A stretch of 64,000 nt of DNA from an uncultured Chthonomonadaceae bacterium. GTDB lineage: Bacteria; Armatimonadota; Chthonomonadetes; Chthonomonadales; Chthonomonadaceae. The translations under genes were made by a program, and so were the position numbers. Positions 51,792 to 61,512 of the stretch are shown piece after piece. Below the pieces are notes generated by a model. It searched no databases and was not told the DNA's origin. It was given only the letters and a program-made list of their open reading frames with translations. The stretch's first letter is position 1; the number at the start of each line of letters is the position of its first letter. The stretch lies in assembly GCA_963817895.1 (NCBI GenBank), contig CAWFQB010000006.1, forward strand, positions 64,001 to 128,000, read 5' to 3'.

Positions 51792-51796
51792 GTATG

Positions 51797-51871
51797 TGGT
51801 AGGGATACGGGGAATCGAACCCCGGCTTAAGGACTGAAAATCCCTCGTCCTAACCTCTAGACGATATCCCC
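51797..51871 (-). tRNA. tRNA-Glu(TTC)
   Basis: GGGGATA/TATCCCT acceptor, AGGGA-TTTTCAG-TCCTT anticodon arm, GTTCGATTC, encoded CCA. Confidence 0.95.
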
Positions 51872-51901
51872 ACAATCGCGAACCAACCTTCAAACATCCT
51901 T

Positions 51902-51930
51902 ATTATACGGGCGCGGGCGCGGTTTGTCAA
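51902..51930 (-). promoter_or_regulatory. Consensus sigma70 promoter of the tRNA-Glu/Leu operon
   Basis: Minus strand TTGACA-17-TATAAT. Confidence 0.85.
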
Positions 51931-52088
51931 GAGGAGCGGCGCGAAAAAGCGGCCTGCGAAAATAAACCTGAATTAAGCTGAAGAAAGAACCTTCTTCTGC
52001 CGACAATATGGCGCATACCCTGTATTTGTGTCAGGCCATGAGGCAAGTTGATGTCAAGGCCCGCTTTCCAGAGGCCAGGAGAACTCGC

Positions 52089-52850
52089 ATGATCCATCCT
52101 TTCCGTACTTCCCTGTTTACGCCGCTGGCTTTGTGCGTATTAAGCCTGCTGCCCCTGTCCCTTCGCGCGCAAACACAGGCCATTGATTTTGTGCCGGGAG
52201 ATGCGCGCTATGACTACACCAATTCAGTTGCCAGTTGGGCGGTGGGCTACCAGTTCTCAACCCGCAACGCCGATGTGACCCTGTACAATTTGGGCTTCTA
52301 TGACAGCGGCATTGCGCCCACAACCGCGCCCGGCAACGGCACCATCACAATGCCGGATGGATTTACGTCCAGTCACGAAGTGGGCCTTTACGATGTGCAT
52401 GGCAACTTGCTGATACAGACTGTTGTGTCGCAAAGCGCCACGCTGCTGGACGGCAATTTTCGGTATGCGGCTGATTTGCGAGACGGCGCGGGCAATCCAA
52501 TTACCGGCCCGTACATCCTGCCGATGAATAGCGTATTCTACATCGAGGGTGTGTCTCACGGCGAAAATTATACCTACGTGCAGAGTGGGACATTGAAGCA
52601 GGACATCGGCATTGCCTATGCGCACAGCGTTTACGGGTTAAGCGATACCCTCAAAATTCCCGGTTCGCAGGATGCCGCTTTCGGCTATTTTGGCCCCAAC
52701 TTCACCACCTCCAGTTTCAACCCACTCGGTACGCCGCCAGGTTCCTCCACGCCCGAACCCGGTCCGTCCGCTTTTGCCCTTTGCGCTTCTGTCGCGGGAT
52801 TGTTGTGGCGCGCAAAGCGTTTGCGCGGTGTCCGCCCTGCTTCCTGCTGA
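52089..52850 (+). CDS. Exported protein with PEP-CTERM-like sorting signal
   Basis: Signal peptide (LRA-Q), beta-rich body, C-terminal TPEPG + hydrophobic stretch + RAKRLR. Confidence 0.8.
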   Translation: MIHPFRTSLFTPLALCVLSLLPLSLRAQTQAIDFVPGDARYDYTNSVASWAVGYQFSTRNADVTLYNLGFYDSGIAPTTAPGNGTITMPDGFTSSHEVGLYDVHGNLLIQTVVSQSATLLDGNFRYAADLRDGAGNPITGPYILPMNSVFYIEGVSHGENYTYVQSGTLKQDIGIAYAHSVYGLSDTLKIPGSQDAAFGYFGPNFTTSSFNPLGTPPGSSTPEPGPSAFALCASVAGLLWRAKRLRGVRPASC

Positions 52851-53086
52851 GTTTTGAACGCCACGTCCAGCTATTATAATAGTTGACATTGAATGACCGG
52901 ATGCCGCTCGCATCCGGTCATTCGCGTTTTTGCCTCTTATCAGCATTGTGCCATTTGGCAATATCGGGTAAACTTTACTGTTCACTTTCGCCGCCGCGAG
53001 GCGGCGTTGCTTTTGTTGTTGAAATTGGGTTCTGTTGCAGGGCTTCAACAGGATCGCGCTTGACCCGTGTTCAGGAGGTTTTACGC

Positions 53087-54952
53087 ATGGTTTATAATCC
53101 GCAGAATCCGCTGATTGTGCAGTCCGACCGGACGGCGCTGCTGGAAGTGGACAATCCCCGCTACGCCGAGTGCCGCGACCAACTGGCCGCTTTCTGCGAA
53201 CTCATCAAATCCCCCGAACATATCCATACCTATCGCCTGACGCCGCTCTCCCTGTGGAATGCCCGCGCCGCCGGTGTTTCGGCGGAAGAGATGGTAGGCG
53301 TTCTCAACGAGTACAGCAAGTACGACGTGCCGGGCAATATTCTGCACGAGATACGCGATTACGTGGGCCGGTACGGACGCCTGAAATTGTTCAAGCAGGA
53401 CAACGCCCTGATGCTGCAATCCGATGACAACCTGCTGATGACCGAAATCCGGCACAACAAGCAGATTCAGAAATACCTGATACGGCTCATTGACGCGCGC
53501 ACGATGGAGATTCCCCTGCTGGAGCGCGGGCGTGTCAAGCAGGTGTTGCTAAAATTGGGCTTTCCCGTCGAGGATTTGGCGGGCTACACGGACGGCGAAG
53601 CGCTGGAGGTGCGCCTGCGCGAAGTGACCCGGGCGGGCAAGCCGTTTATGCCGCGCCACTATCAGGAGGAGGCCGCCAATCAGTTCTGGATGGGCGGCTC
53701 GGCTGCGGGCGGCAGCGGCGTCCTCGTCCTGCCCTGCGGCGCGGGCAAAACCATCATCGGCATACAGGCGATGGCGCTGGCGCAGATGCGTACCCTGATT
53801 ATCGTGACCGGCATCACCGCCGCCCACCAGTGGCGCGATGAGATACTGGATAAAACCACAATCTCTCCCGACGACATCGGCGAGTACAGCGGCGAAGTGA
53901 AGAATATCCGCCCCATCACCATTGCCACCTATCAGGTGCTGACCGCCCGCCGCGATCCCAACAAAGTGAAGAAGGGAAAAGGGAAAAGGGAAAAGGGAAA
54001 AGAGGGGGAAGAGACTTCGGACGCGGGCGATTTTGCCGAAGTGGAACTCGACGATTGGGATGGGGCGGCAGCGGCGGCGGGAATTTCGACGGACAGCGCG
54101 ACTGCGCCCGAAGTGCTGGGCGGCGCGGAAGGCTATCTTAATCTGGAACTGTTCAACCGCCACGATTGGGGCATGATCGTGTACGACGAGGTTCACCTGC
54201 TGCCCGCGCCCGTGTTCCGCATCACCGCCGAGATTCAGGCCAAGCGGCGATTGGGACTAACGGCGACTCTGGTGCGCGAGGACGGGCGCGAGGACGATGT
54301 GTTCTCGCTCATCGGACCCAAAAAAGCCGATGTGCCGTGGAAGGAACTGGAAAAGCAGGGCTGGATCGCCACCGCCATTTGTACCGAAATCCGTATTCCG
54401 ATGGAAGAAAACAACCGGCTGGAATATGCCATTGCCGACCCCCGCGAAAAGTTCCGATTGGCAAGCGTCAACCCGCGCAAGGAGGACATCATCGAGGCGC
54501 TGCTGGAACGGCATCCCGACGACCATATCCTCATCATCGGGCAGTATCTGGAACAACTGCAAAACATCGTGGACAGATTTCAGGCTCCCGTAATTACCGG
54601 CAAAACCCCGCAGCGCGAACGCGAGAAAATTTACGCCGCGTTCAAGAAGGGCGAATTTCGGGTGCTGATTGTCTCGAAAGTCGCCAACTTCTCCATTGAC
54701 CTGCCCGACGCCAATGTCGCCATTCAGGTGTCCGGCACGTTCGGTTCGCGGCAGGAGGAGGCGCAGCGGTTGGGCCGCGTCCTGCGTCCCAAATCGGATG
54801 GCAGCATCGCGCACTTCTACTCGCTCGTCACCCGCGAAAGCCGCGATCAGGAGTTCGCCACGCACCGCCAGCTCTTCCTGACGGAACAGGGCTACCGCTA
54901 CGAAATCATAGACGCCGAAAAACTCGTGCAGAACATGCCGGAAAGAGTTTAG
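53087..54952 (+). CDS. Bacterial XPB/Rad25 (Ssl2-like) SF2 DNA helicase
   Basis: PLIVQSD.T.LLEV, SPEHIHTYRLTPLSLWNA, VLPCGAGKT, DEVH, GLTAT, QRLGRVLRPK. Confidence 0.95.
   Translation: MVYNPQNPLIVQSDRTALLEVDNPRYAECRDQLAAFCELIKSPEHIHTYRLTPLSLWNARAAGVSAEEMVGVLNEYSKYDVPGNILHEIRDYVGRYGRLKLFKQDNALMLQSDDNLLMTEIRHNKQIQKYLIRLIDARTMEIPLLERGRVKQVLLKLGFPVEDLAGYTDGEALEVRLREVTRAGKPFMPRHYQEEAANQFWMGGSAAGGSGVLVLPCGAGKTIIGIQAMALAQMRTLIIVTGITAAHQWRDEILDKTTISPDDIGEYSGEVKNIRPITIATYQVLTARRDPNKVKKGKGKREKGKEGEETSDAGDFAEVELDDWDGAAAAAGISTDSATAPEVLGGAEGYLNLELFNRHDWGMIVYDEVHLLPAPVFRITAEIQAKRRLGLTATLVREDGREDDVFSLIGPKKADVPWKELEKQGWIATAICTEIRIPMEENNRLEYAIADPREKFRLASVNPRKEDIIEALLERHPDDHILIIGQYLEQLQNIVDRFQAPVITGKTPQREREKIYAAFKKGEFRVLIVSKVANFSIDLPDANVAIQVSGTFGSRQEEAQRLGRVLRPKSDGSIAHFYSLVTRESRDQEFATHRQLFLTEQGYRYEIIDAEKLVQNMPERV
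53971..54003. repeat. (AAGGGAA)4 heptamer arm inserted in frame in XPB
   Basis: Translates as KKGKGKREKGKE; same family as 46969-46997. Confidence 0.85.
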
Positions 54953-55140
54953 CCGCGAATACACGCAAATAGGTTCAATTACAAACAGGATGGAAAGGCG
55001 TGAAATCTTCCATCCTGTTATGTTCCTCTGGTGCAATTCAGATGTTGGCTCTGCTCTATCTTCGTGTTTGGAGAATAGATTAGGTTTGCCGAGATGCGTA
55101 CACGTTGGTAAGTAGACATTTCATAAGTAGAAAAATATAA

Positions 55141-58100
55141 CTAAGAGATTTTACTCAACCCTCCTATTTCTGCCGCACGTTTCTCTAACCGCCGTGCTTC
55201 TACCTGACGAGATTGGTTTCCTCTTGCTGTTTTCCGTATGACGAAAGCAAGGTAACGGAGCATATCTGCAAGTCTAGGATCGCTAAATCCTAAGCTTTTC
55301 TCATAAATTTGTACTGATCGGCGCAACTTTTTCTCTGCATGGTCATAGCGCAATTGTTCCATATCTAAAAGTGCAAGGTTACGCAAACTTATGGCAACAT
55401 CAGGATGTTCCCCTCCTATCAGTTTTCGGCGCATCTCTAAAGCTTGTAAATGCAGAAGTTCCGCCTCTTTGTAGCGACCTAACTTAGTGTAGAGAATAGC
55501 AAGGTTATTGAGGCCTAAGGCAACATCAGGATGTTCCGCCCCCAAGAGTTTTCTTTGTATTTTTAAAGCTTGTAGATGCAGAGGTTCCGCTTCTTTGTAG
55601 CGACCTAAGTCTCTGTAAAGAGTGGCAAGATTGTGGAGGCTCATGGCAACATCAGGATGTTCCGCTCCTAGCACTTTGCTTTGTATTTCTAAGGCTTTCT
55701 GAAGCAACGTTTCCATCTCTGCATAGCGACCTAAGTAACTGTAGAGAGTAGCAAGATTATTGAGGCTCAGAGCAACATGAGGGTGTTCCGCCCCCAAGAG
55801 TTTTCGGCGCATCTCTAAAGCTTGTAGATGCAGAGGCTCCGCCTCTTTGTAGCGACCTAAATAATGGTGAACCATAGCAAGATTGCCCAGACTTCAAAGC
55901 AATATCACGATGTTCTGCGCCAAACAGTCTTCTGCGCATCACTAAGGCTTGTAGATGCAGAGCCTCCGCCTCTCTGTAGCGACCTATATCATGGTATAGA
56001 GTGGCAAGATTGTTGAGGCTCATGGCAATATCAAGATGATCCGCGCCCAAGAGTTTTCGGCGCATCTCCAAAACTTGTAGATGCAGAGCCTCCGCCTCTT
56101 TGTAGCGACCTAAGTTTCTGTAGAGGGTAGCAAGGTTGTGGAGGCTCATGGCAACATCGGGATGTTCAAAGCCGAGCGCTTTCTCCCTGATCTCTTTACC
56201 TAAAAGAAATTGTGGTTCAGCACTGGAGTACTGCCCACGGTCAACCAAATACCATCCTGCATAATCATACATGCGCCCTATCTCTGCGGATGTAAGACAT
56301 TTCCCCTCAACGAGTGCCTTACAAGTTAGAGTGTGGGGCAGTAATGCCGCACAAAGAAACCAGTTTGCATATTCTGGTTGTGGAAACACATAAGATACTG
56401 CATCAACAGTTCGTTTTATCCATATATCCTGCGTATCGGCGTCAGCGAGATCCTGTTTTAATACTTCTTGTACAAGCCGATGGATGCTGTAAGCAGGAAA
56501 GGTTTGGTTGCGCTTGATTAGCGAATATTGGAGTAATGGGAAGAGAACTTCATCAAGTATCACAGGATCTTCATCAGCGCCGAAAAGCGCATCACTAAGA
56601 TGTGGCCCTAACTTCGTTGCCGCTCCTGTCAATATGGCAAAAGGAATGTTGTCAGGATTAAGAAAAGCGCTACAACGCAAGAGGTCTGCCGCAGCCGGAG
56701 ATTCTTCCTCTACTTGCGCAAAGTTAATCGCCCATGTTGTCGCAACGGACTTCTTGTTGTCACCGATAACGGGTTTTTGTTGTTCCAAAAGAAGAATACG
56801 ACGCTTGCGATAACTGACAAGGTAATCAGGAATAAGTGTTTGTCTTTTGAGAATATAGGCTCCTGCCTGCTCCAGAGCTAAGGGCAGATACCCAAGTTCC
56901 TCAGTAAGTTGCTCGGCTGCCAGCCTTGTTTCAACTGATAATTGCTGATTTTCACGCCCTGTACGCTTTAAGAGAAACTGCAACGCTTCTTCAGGGGCCA
57001 TCTCTCCCAATTCAGTAGACGAGGTTATCCCAAGAACATCAAAGGTGTGGGAACGAGAGGTAAGCAGAATATGCCCATTAGATTTGTCAGGGCGATACTT
57101 TACGATCAACTCAGGGTCTTCTACGTTGTCGAAGATGATAAGCCATGAGTTATGTGCGGCAGACAGGAACCGTTTGACCGCCGCAACAATGACAGCCGAT
57201 TGCTCATCATTTTTTTCAAGTAGATTGAGTTTTTCAGCAATCTGCACAAAATCTGTTTGTATGGTGAATTCCGAGTCAGCACGAATCCAGAATATGTAAT
57301 CGTATTCCGATCTATATTTATAAGCATATTCCAGCGCCGTCTGCGTCTTGCCAATGCCCCCAAGACCGCTAATTACTTGCGTCTGAGTCAAAGCAGCCTT
57401 TGCCTCAGACGCAAGAGTTTTATGGAGAGCATCCAGCACTTGATCTCGCCCTGTAAAAAAGGTGTTTTGTTCGTAGGGCAGGTTGTGAACGAGCCTCCTC
57501 AAATCTGTGCCCGGTTCGACAGGGGAGGCTAAGAAGGGTTTGCAGGTTGGTCCTTATGACGTATTTTATTTTTGATATTGGCCCATGCCGCTTGCAGGTT
57601 CGCGCCACTGCCTAGACTAATTTCATTCTCGTAGGAGAGAATAAACGGAATTAGAGGGATGGTAGTTTTGAGTTTGTGCTTGACATCTATCTTGGTGTCA
57701 TCGAATATGGCTTTCGCTTCAGCGACCGGTTCCGCCAGCGGAGAACCAAGGAGTTTTCCGCTCTGTTGCAAGGAAGATAGCGCTACCTGCATAGCGCTCA
57801 ATGTCTGTTGCAAGTCCTGATCAGAAATATGGTCTTGTTGTACAGCAGAGAGAACGGCTTCCGTGTCTTCACGCTGTTGGTCTGTGAGTTGAGTAATGAC
57901 TACAGCCAGAATACGTTGCTGCACCAGCAGGGCATCAAGTTTCTGATCCATGCTTTGCAATTGGGTATCGGCATTGGCTAACTCAGTAGAAGAAGAGCCT
58001 TGAAAGCGAGTTGAGAGACTTTCATACTCGGCTAAAGCTTCGTCATAAGTCTGTTTGGCTTGATCCAAATCTATCCTTATCAAGCTTTTTTCGTTGATGC

Positions 58101-58212
58101 GCGTTTCCACATCATAGCGAGTTGCCAATCGGGTTATTAGCTCATCAAGCTTTTGTAAGCGATCAAGCAGACGGTTGACCGGAGCTTTGACAGGATCAAA
58201 TCCATTACTCAT
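55141..58212 (-). CDS. NLR-like protein: N-terminal helical domain - NB-ARC - tandem 42-aa TPRs (frameshifts ~57530 and ~55890)
   Basis: HNLP..N.FFTGR, GLGGIGKT, WLIIFDNV, LLTSR, GYLPLALEQAGAYI, IHRLVQ, repeats LG.EHPDVA.SL.NLA.LY..LGRY.EAE.L; low GC. Confidence 0.88.
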
Positions 58213-58448
58213 AATAGCACCTCAATCGAGCAAGAATTGGAGCATAGAAGGCGAGTGCAGAGACAGTCAACCTAAAAAGATTTGCGTAGACATAATCATA
58301 TACTAAATCCGGCAACCTGTCAATAGCACGAGCAAGCACAGAAGTAAAATGTTTACGAACAGAGTAATTAGAAACGAGAAGAGCATCCGTTCTTGACGAA
58401 AGCGATCCTTTAGGATATACTAAGTAGGTATTCCATCTGCAAACGTGG

Positions 58449-58533
58449 GGAGAGGTGGCAGAGTGGTCGATTGCACCTGTCTTGAAAACAGGACATCTGC
58501 AAGGATGCGCAGGTTCGAATCCTGTCCTCTCCT
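58449..58533 (+). tRNA. tRNA-Ser(TGA)
   Basis: GGAGAGG/CCTCTCC acceptor, CCTGT-CTTGAAA-ACAGG anticodon arm, long variable arm, GTTCGAATCC. Confidence 0.95.
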
Positions 58534-58632
58534 TCATGAAAACGCCCTTTCTTCCGTAACAACGGAGGAAAGGGTATAGTTTTTCATAAGGCAAAATATG
58601 GCGCGATAGATCAGGAAGGGGAGGTTCGTAAG

Positions 58633-58835
58633 ATGACGCTGAATCCAGAATGTTGCCCAAAATCGCGCTGGAACGGTGGCATGGCGTCGCGGAACCAAAA
58701 GACTCTGTTGCGCCCCGTTCCCTTGCGCCTCTTGCCGGGAAATATGAGGGAGAAGCTTGGGACGAACTTCTGACGGAAATCGAAAAGAATCGTCAGCAGG
58801 AAGCCGAAGCGAACGCTGAAGGAAATTACATTTAG
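58633..58835 (+). CDS. Small acidic antitoxin-like protein (probable 1-nt indel near 58650)
   Basis: GGAGG RBS before ATG 58633; ORF 58650-58835 with LAPLAGKYEGEAWDELLTEIEKNR. Confidence 0.5.
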
Positions 58836-58857
58836 ACAAGCGGGTTGGTACAAAATT

Positions 58858-59415
58858 ATGATTTTGTTGGACGAGCAAAGCAAAGAAGAGTCACCGCATT
58901 TACAGCCTCTTTATGCCTGGCTTTCCGAACCGGAAACCAAAGCGTCATTGCAGCGTTGCGCCGATTTCGCTGTTGAGACTCTTCACAACGATACAACTTT
59001 ACGGGTACCCCGTTCCATAGAACAGCGAGAGAATGGATTCACCACCTGGCGAAATGAATGGCGTGACCGTTTGGGAACAGCAATTCAGGAAGAGTTTTTC
59101 AGGCAATTTCCTGGCATAACGCGCAATCTGTCACCAGACAGCATCAAAAATATAGTAATAAAATCTGTATGGCCCCAGGTGGAAGCGGAGCTGATGACGT
59201 TCGCTTTGGAAGGGTTGGCGCGAACATGGGTACGCCGACACATGGGAGATGCGACAACCATAGGACGCCCACGTCTGGAAACAGATCATTGGGTCGTGCC
59301 GATTGGCATCAAAGGCTATGCGGATGATCTTGGGCAAGTGACTTTAGATTCCAATGGAAACGTCATTGAGGCGGCAAGTTCTTCACGCAATGATATGCTG
59401 GCGCGCATCCCATGA
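58858..59415 (+). CDS. Hypothetical protein, coupled to the C39-like peptidase
   Basis: 185 aa; C-terminal A..WV..HMGD...IG.P.L..D.WVVPI......LG.V.LD..G.V module; ATGA overlap with the next gene. Confidence 0.7.
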   Translation: MILLDEQSKEESPHLQPLYAWLSEPETKASLQRCADFAVETLHNDTTLRVPRSIEQRENGFTTWRNEWRDRLGTAIQEEFFRQFPGITRNLSPDSIKNIVIKSVWPQVEAELMTFALEGLARTWVRRHMGDATTIGRPRLETDHWVVPIGIKGYADDLGQVTLDSNGNVIEAASSSRNDMLARIP

Positions 59416-59876
59416 TTGAAGACTTTCCCCTGCTGCAACAGCGCCCGGGAAGCAATAGCTGCCTGCCTGTTGCTGTGACAGCCATCCTACAGCATTTTGG
59501 AGAGAACGTCACTGAAGAGCAAGTATCGGAGTGGTGCGGAGAAAGCCGTGATGGATGTGTTATTGATTTTGCTATGCAGGGGCTGCGCGACCAGGATTAC
59601 GAGGTTCTAGAAATCGCCGATGATCCTGAAACCAGGATACGCGAATATCTCAATGATGAGGATAATCCTCTGCCTGTTTTGGTGACGATTATGCCTGCGT
59701 TCTCTGATGTCATGGATCATGCTGTAGTGTTGGTAGGCATTACTACGGACGCGGCGGGTGAGGAAGTCATAAACCTTATGGATTCCCTGTGCGGTTGTAT
59801 TCAAACTATGTCCATTGATGAATTCTTTCGACAATGGGATAATGCCGGACAACTCGCGTTCCTCATCACAACCTGA
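59412..59876 (+). CDS. Stand-alone cytoplasmic C39-like (papain-fold) cysteine peptidase
   Basis: QQ....SC (Q + catalytic C), HAVVLVG (H), LMDS..G (D), EF..QW; no signal peptide and no ABC domain. Confidence 0.78.
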   Translation: MIEDFPLLQQRPGSNSCLPVAVTAILQHFGENVTEEQVSEWCGESRDGCVIDFAMQGLRDQDYEVLEIADDPETRIREYLNDEDNPLPVLVTIMPAFSDVMDHAVVLVGITTDAAGEEVINLMDSLCGCIQTMSIDEFFRQWDNAGQLAFLITT

Positions 59877-59956
59877 TGTTCCATCTGGCAAATGTGCCGT
59901 ATCCGCAGATTCGAATCCTGTCCTCTCCTTCCAAAATCTCGCCGAATCAAAAAGCC

Positions 59957-60016
59957 GCATCAAAAAGCCGCTGGAATTCTCGTGTACGTACACACGAAAA
60001 TTCCATCGGCTTTTTT
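59957..60016 (+). terminator. Long intrinsic terminator after the displaced tRNA 3' copy
   Basis: AAAAAGCCGCTGGAATTCTCGTGT-loop-ACACGAAAATTCCATCGGCTTTTTT. Confidence 0.75.
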
Positions 60017-60249
60017 GTTGTCTGGCAAGCGTGGCAGCCAGTTGCGCAAATCTTTCCTGTACCAAAATGGAGCGAACACATCTAAATGTATCAACCCCTG
60101 CCAAATTTTGGCACATCCACCCTGACCTGCGCTAACCCCTCTCCCCTGATTACCAACCACACAAAAAAGTCAGCAAAATAGTAGAAATTAATGAACCACT
60201 TTGGTACATAATGCGTCTGTATATGCAACACACGTCTACAAATCAGCCA

Positions 60250-60387
60250 GGCGGTGGGCCGTTGAGAGTTCGGAGTTCCTACGAACTCTGCCCTCTCAAC
60301 AATCTAACCTGAAAAGGAGGTGCAAGAAGATGCCTGTACACTCTCCCCGGCCTCCGTAACGCTACTGAGGGCACGCGGCCTCCACTG
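60250..60387 (+). other. Structured RNA containing a 9-codon ORF (MPVHSPRPP*, 60330-60359)
   Basis: AAAGGAGGT RBS 8 nt before ATG; nested stems GTTGAGAG/CTCTCAAC and GAGTTC/GAACTC; closing GTGGGCCG/CGGCCTCCAC. Confidence 0.45.
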
Positions 60388-60645
60388 TAAAATTGCATAC
60401 ACTATCGAGACACCGGGCTGGAAGCGCTGTATTGCCACTATTTCGACGCTGTCTCTACATAAGGTTCATAAAAGGTAGGGATAAACCCCTGTGTTTGCCC
60501 CCATATCTGCCCATGTTTGCCCTCTGTGTACCAAACCCCTCCGCTTTACTGTCATACCACCGGAGAGGATTATCTATCATTCTCCGTAACGACAAAAATG
60601 ACAGCCACGAACGCAATAAAGCGGGACTGGAACAGGAGCCGGAAA

Positions 60646-61437
60646 ATGGCAAAGCGCGTTTGCATTGTGGGTTTGGATGAGCCGGAAGTGGAGCAGATCC
60701 GGGAACGGCTTGCGCCCGGGATCGGGCTGATCGCGCACGAAGCCCTGCCGCGCATCGTGGTCAATGACGGGCAGTTGCTTGTGGAGGGGCGACGTTCGCC
60801 CGGCATGATCGCGGTTGACAAAGTGGTGTTTCACGCCATTTACGAGAACGATCTGGACTTTTTCTGTGGGCTGGCCCTGTGGAACGGGCCGTGCCTGCCT
60901 GATGCGCGGGCCATGATGGACTGCCGCCTGAAACTCCCCTGCCTGATACGCGCCCTGCAATATTCTCGCTTCGGTTCGCCCGCAAGGGGGTACGCGGGGC
61001 CACACGCGCCGCTCTTTACCGAACGCGAACGGGTGGCGAAATGGGGCAACTGGCACTGCGGCGAAAACAAGGCGCGGTTTACGGGAACGTGGACAAGCGA
61101 AAACGCCTGCATTGTGGAGGAGTTTCTGCCGGGAGACGCGGTTCGCGTGGTTGTGATTGGCGACCAATACTGGCAAATTAAGTTGGAGGGCGACGATTGG
61201 CTCAAATCCATCCACGCGCCCAACGCCGCCTTCATGGAAACGGATGCGGAACTGCTGGCCGATACCCGCGCTGTGGGGCAAGCGTTCGGGCTGGAAATCG
61301 TCGCCAATGATTACATTGTCACGCCGCGCGGAACCAAACACCTGCTGGAAGTGAATCACATTCCCAACGTTACGCGCTTCCCGGAAATCTGGGAGGCGTA
61401 TCGCGATTACGTCGTCAACTGGCTTTCCCGCGATTGA
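60646..61437 (+). CDS. ATP-grasp fold protein (RimK/synapsin-like)
   Basis: VAKWG..H.GENK, IVEEFLPG..VRVVVIG, ANDYI, LLEVNHIPN (ExN). Confidence 0.75.
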   Translation: MAKRVCIVGLDEPEVEQIRERLAPGIGLIAHEALPRIVVNDGQLLVEGRRSPGMIAVDKVVFHAIYENDLDFFCGLALWNGPCLPDARAMMDCRLKLPCLIRALQYSRFGSPARGYAGPHAPLFTERERVAKWGNWHCGENKARFTGTWTSENACIVEEFLPGDAVRVVVIGDQYWQIKLEGDDWLKSIHAPNAAFMETDAELLADTRAVGQAFGLEIVANDYIVTPRGTKHLLEVNHIPNVTRFPEIWEAYRDYVVNWLSRD

Positions 61438-61483
61438 CAGGTAATACGGGCTGTGGCGGTGGAAACTGTCTGACGCCTGCGCA

Positions 61484-61512
61484 TTGACACGCTTCCGCCC
61501 GCCTGTTATAAT
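61484..61512 (+). promoter_or_regulatory. Perfect sigma70 promoter
   Basis: TTGACA-17-TATAAT with extended -10 TG. Confidence 0.85.

Larger units (their letters stand above)
58508..59931. mobile_element. Integrase-less mini-island bounded by a duplicated tRNA-Ser 3' end (attL/attR-like)
   Basis: CGCAG(G/A)TTCGAATCCTGTCCTCTCCTTC at 58508-58535 and 59904-59931 (27/28 identical). Confidence 0.8.

Noticed and set aside
52009..52024. Sigma54 promoter before the PEP-CTERM gene (TGGCGC-N5-CTGTA)
   Set aside because: The -12 GC dinucleotide is absent.
58205..58660. 151-aa minus-strand ORF
   Set aside because: Overlaps tRNA-Ser; it is the antisense translation of the tRNA.
60250..60390. tmRNA, 6S, SRP or RNase P identity for the structured region
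   Set aside because: No tRNA-like ends, no SRP GGAAG-AGCAG loop, no RNase P GAGGAAAGTCC, and not a single long rod with a central bubble.
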